A stretch of DNA of 64,000 nt, taken from positions 1 through 64,000 of the forward strand of contig CDRNVI010000150.1 in NCBI GenBank assembly GCA_977017575.1, read 5' to 3'. The stretch comes from Paramoeba atlantica (Eukaryota > Protista > Discosea). The position numbers and the translations under genes are program-made. Below the pieces are notes generated by a model that worked only from the letters and a program-made list of their open reading frames with translations, searched no databases and was not told where the DNA came from. The first letter of the stretch is position 1. Each line of letters starts with the position of its first letter. Of the stretch, positions 62,595 through 64,000 are shown piece after piece.

Positions 62595-63671
62595 TTTATC
62601 TTCTTTTTTAATCTCTCTCTCTCCAAATCAAAACAACACCTTTTCGAATCAAAATAGTCAATGAGAGTTGTTGAGAGATAAGAGGATGATTTCTCTGTGT
62701 TTCTCTCATTTTAGAAGTCACAAGAAAGGAAAGGAAAATGAAGGAAGAAAAGAAATAATAAACCTAACCACACCTTTACAATTCGAGGAAGAGAGAAGAG
62801 TTTGTTGTGTGAATGTGTTTTGTTGAAAGAGAAGAGGGTGCTTCTGTTCAATTTGAAAGAGAGATGAAAGAAGATCAAAAGATGAGATGACATTTCAAAA
62901 TATAAAAAAGGAAGGGAAAGAAAATGGAAAGTTTTAAAAGAAAAAAACAAAACATTTGAAGAATCCAAAAAGAGAAATCAAAAAACAAAAACAAACAGAA
63001 AAAGAAAAGATGAAAAAACAAACATTCCCTTTGATAACAAGAGGGGGGAAATGGGGAACACACAAAAGTCAACGTCGTCGAAAAATAACACAGGAGAAGG
63101 ATGAGAGAGAGAGAAGAGAGAGAAGAGAGAAAGGAGAGAAGAAAGAGAGAGAAGACACAGAAGAGAGGAAAAACAAAAAAAGAGAAGAGAAAGAGGAAGA
63201 GAGAGGGAAGAGAGAGGGAAGAGGAAAAACAAAAAACAAAAAAAAAAAGAAAGTTTTTTCAGATGTTTAAAAAGTTTTGAATCGTCTTTTCGGACCCTTT
63301 CTTTTTTCTTTTTCTCACTTTCTGTTTCCTTTTCTTCCCTCTCTCTCTCAATTTTCGTTTGGGGGTCTTTTTTTTGGACCTTCTCCTCCTCTCTTCCCTC
63401 TCTCTCTCCTTTTTTACAAAGAAGAGTCTCTTCCTCTTCTCCGTCTCTCTCCTCTCTCTCTCCTCTCTCTCTTTGATTGGGAATTGGTTTCTTCTCCATT
63501 GTTCCTCATTTCATTTTTTGTGTTTTGTTTTGGCAGCAACAGTCTCTCTCTGTGTGGTTGGGATAGTTTTGGTTTGATTTTTCTTTTTGGGGTGTTTTGT
63601 TTGTTCTTTTCGTTGCTTTTTCTTCTTTTTTTGTTGTTGATTTATCTCTTTTCCCACACAGAGAGACAAAA

Positions 63672-64000
63672 ATGAGCGAAAATAGAGGAAAGAGAAAGAG
63701 AGGAGAAACAGAATTAGAAACTGAGAAAAAGAGAGAAACCAAAAAAGGAAAGAAAGAGGAAGAAGAACAAACAACAGATCGTTGTGGTGGTGATGATGTT
63801 GTTGTGATTGAAGAGAACGATGGTGATGTTGAAAAAGAACAAAGAGAAGAAAGAGAAGAAGGAGAAAGAGAAGGAGTGGTGATGAAAAGAAGAAAAAAGG
63901 AAGAAGAAGAGAAAAAGAAAAGATTTGAATGTGGAATATGTTTGGAGTTAATGAGTTGGGAAAAAGAACCAAGGTTGTTACCTTGTTGTGGTCTTTCTTT
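63672..64000 (+). CDS. TRIM-NHL-like copy 4, 5' part (runs off window)
   Basis: ATG 63672 MSENRGKRKRG..KRFECGICLELMSWEKEPRLLPCCGLS, open to the window end. Confidence 0.85.
   Translation, partial: MSENRGKRKRGETELETEKKRETKKGKKEEEEQTTDRCGGDDVVVIEENDGDVEKEQREEREEGEREGVVMKRRKKEEEEKKKRFECGICLELMSWEKEPRLLPCCGLS

Noticed and set aside
50-64000. Numerous F/L/S-rich or K/E/R-rich ORFs of 60-260 aa in the ORF track
   Set aside because: They are translations of CT/GA/TTTTTA microsatellites in introns and spacers, or antisense to real exons, and show no domain signal.
1-64000. Alternative genetic code to explain short ORFs
   Set aside because: Introns explain the breaks, and TAA, TAG and TGA each end well-supported genes.

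Overview
AT-rich, intron-dense eukaryotic genomic DNA with GT-AG introns of about 50-400 nt, full of CT/GA microsatellites. TAA, TAG and TGA are all used as stops, so the code is standard. The gene content suggests an amoeboid protist; this is inference only. The window is almost entirely expanded gene families. (1) Four multi-exon RasGEF (CDC25-domain) paralogs lie on + in two pairs (1-7.5 kb, 43.4-50.6 kb). (2) A tandem array of seven ankyrin-repeat genes plus a remnant lies on - (8.2-31.0 kb). Each exon is one repeat, the introns I checked are phase 0, two promoter types alternate, and two copies have lost exons by intron-to-intron deletion. (3) A gene for a ~3,450-aa, very acidic, probably exported protein (32.4-43.1 kb) has a single 9.9-kb last exon of about 70-75 40-aa repeats. 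These resemble the 'NGGTGA....ARxNLGLG' motif of phage tail fibres. (4) A cluster of RING-B-box-B-box-coiled-coil-NHL (TRIM-NHL-like) genes (50.7-64 kb) includes a copy deleted via microhomology and surrounds three tRNA-Glu genes and a 158-bp hairpin. A 330-bp MITE with TIRs, a 9-bp TSD and an empty site in paralogs is also present. Most ORF-track entries are spurious microsatellite or antisense ORFs. All exon structures are manual, unvalidated predictions.
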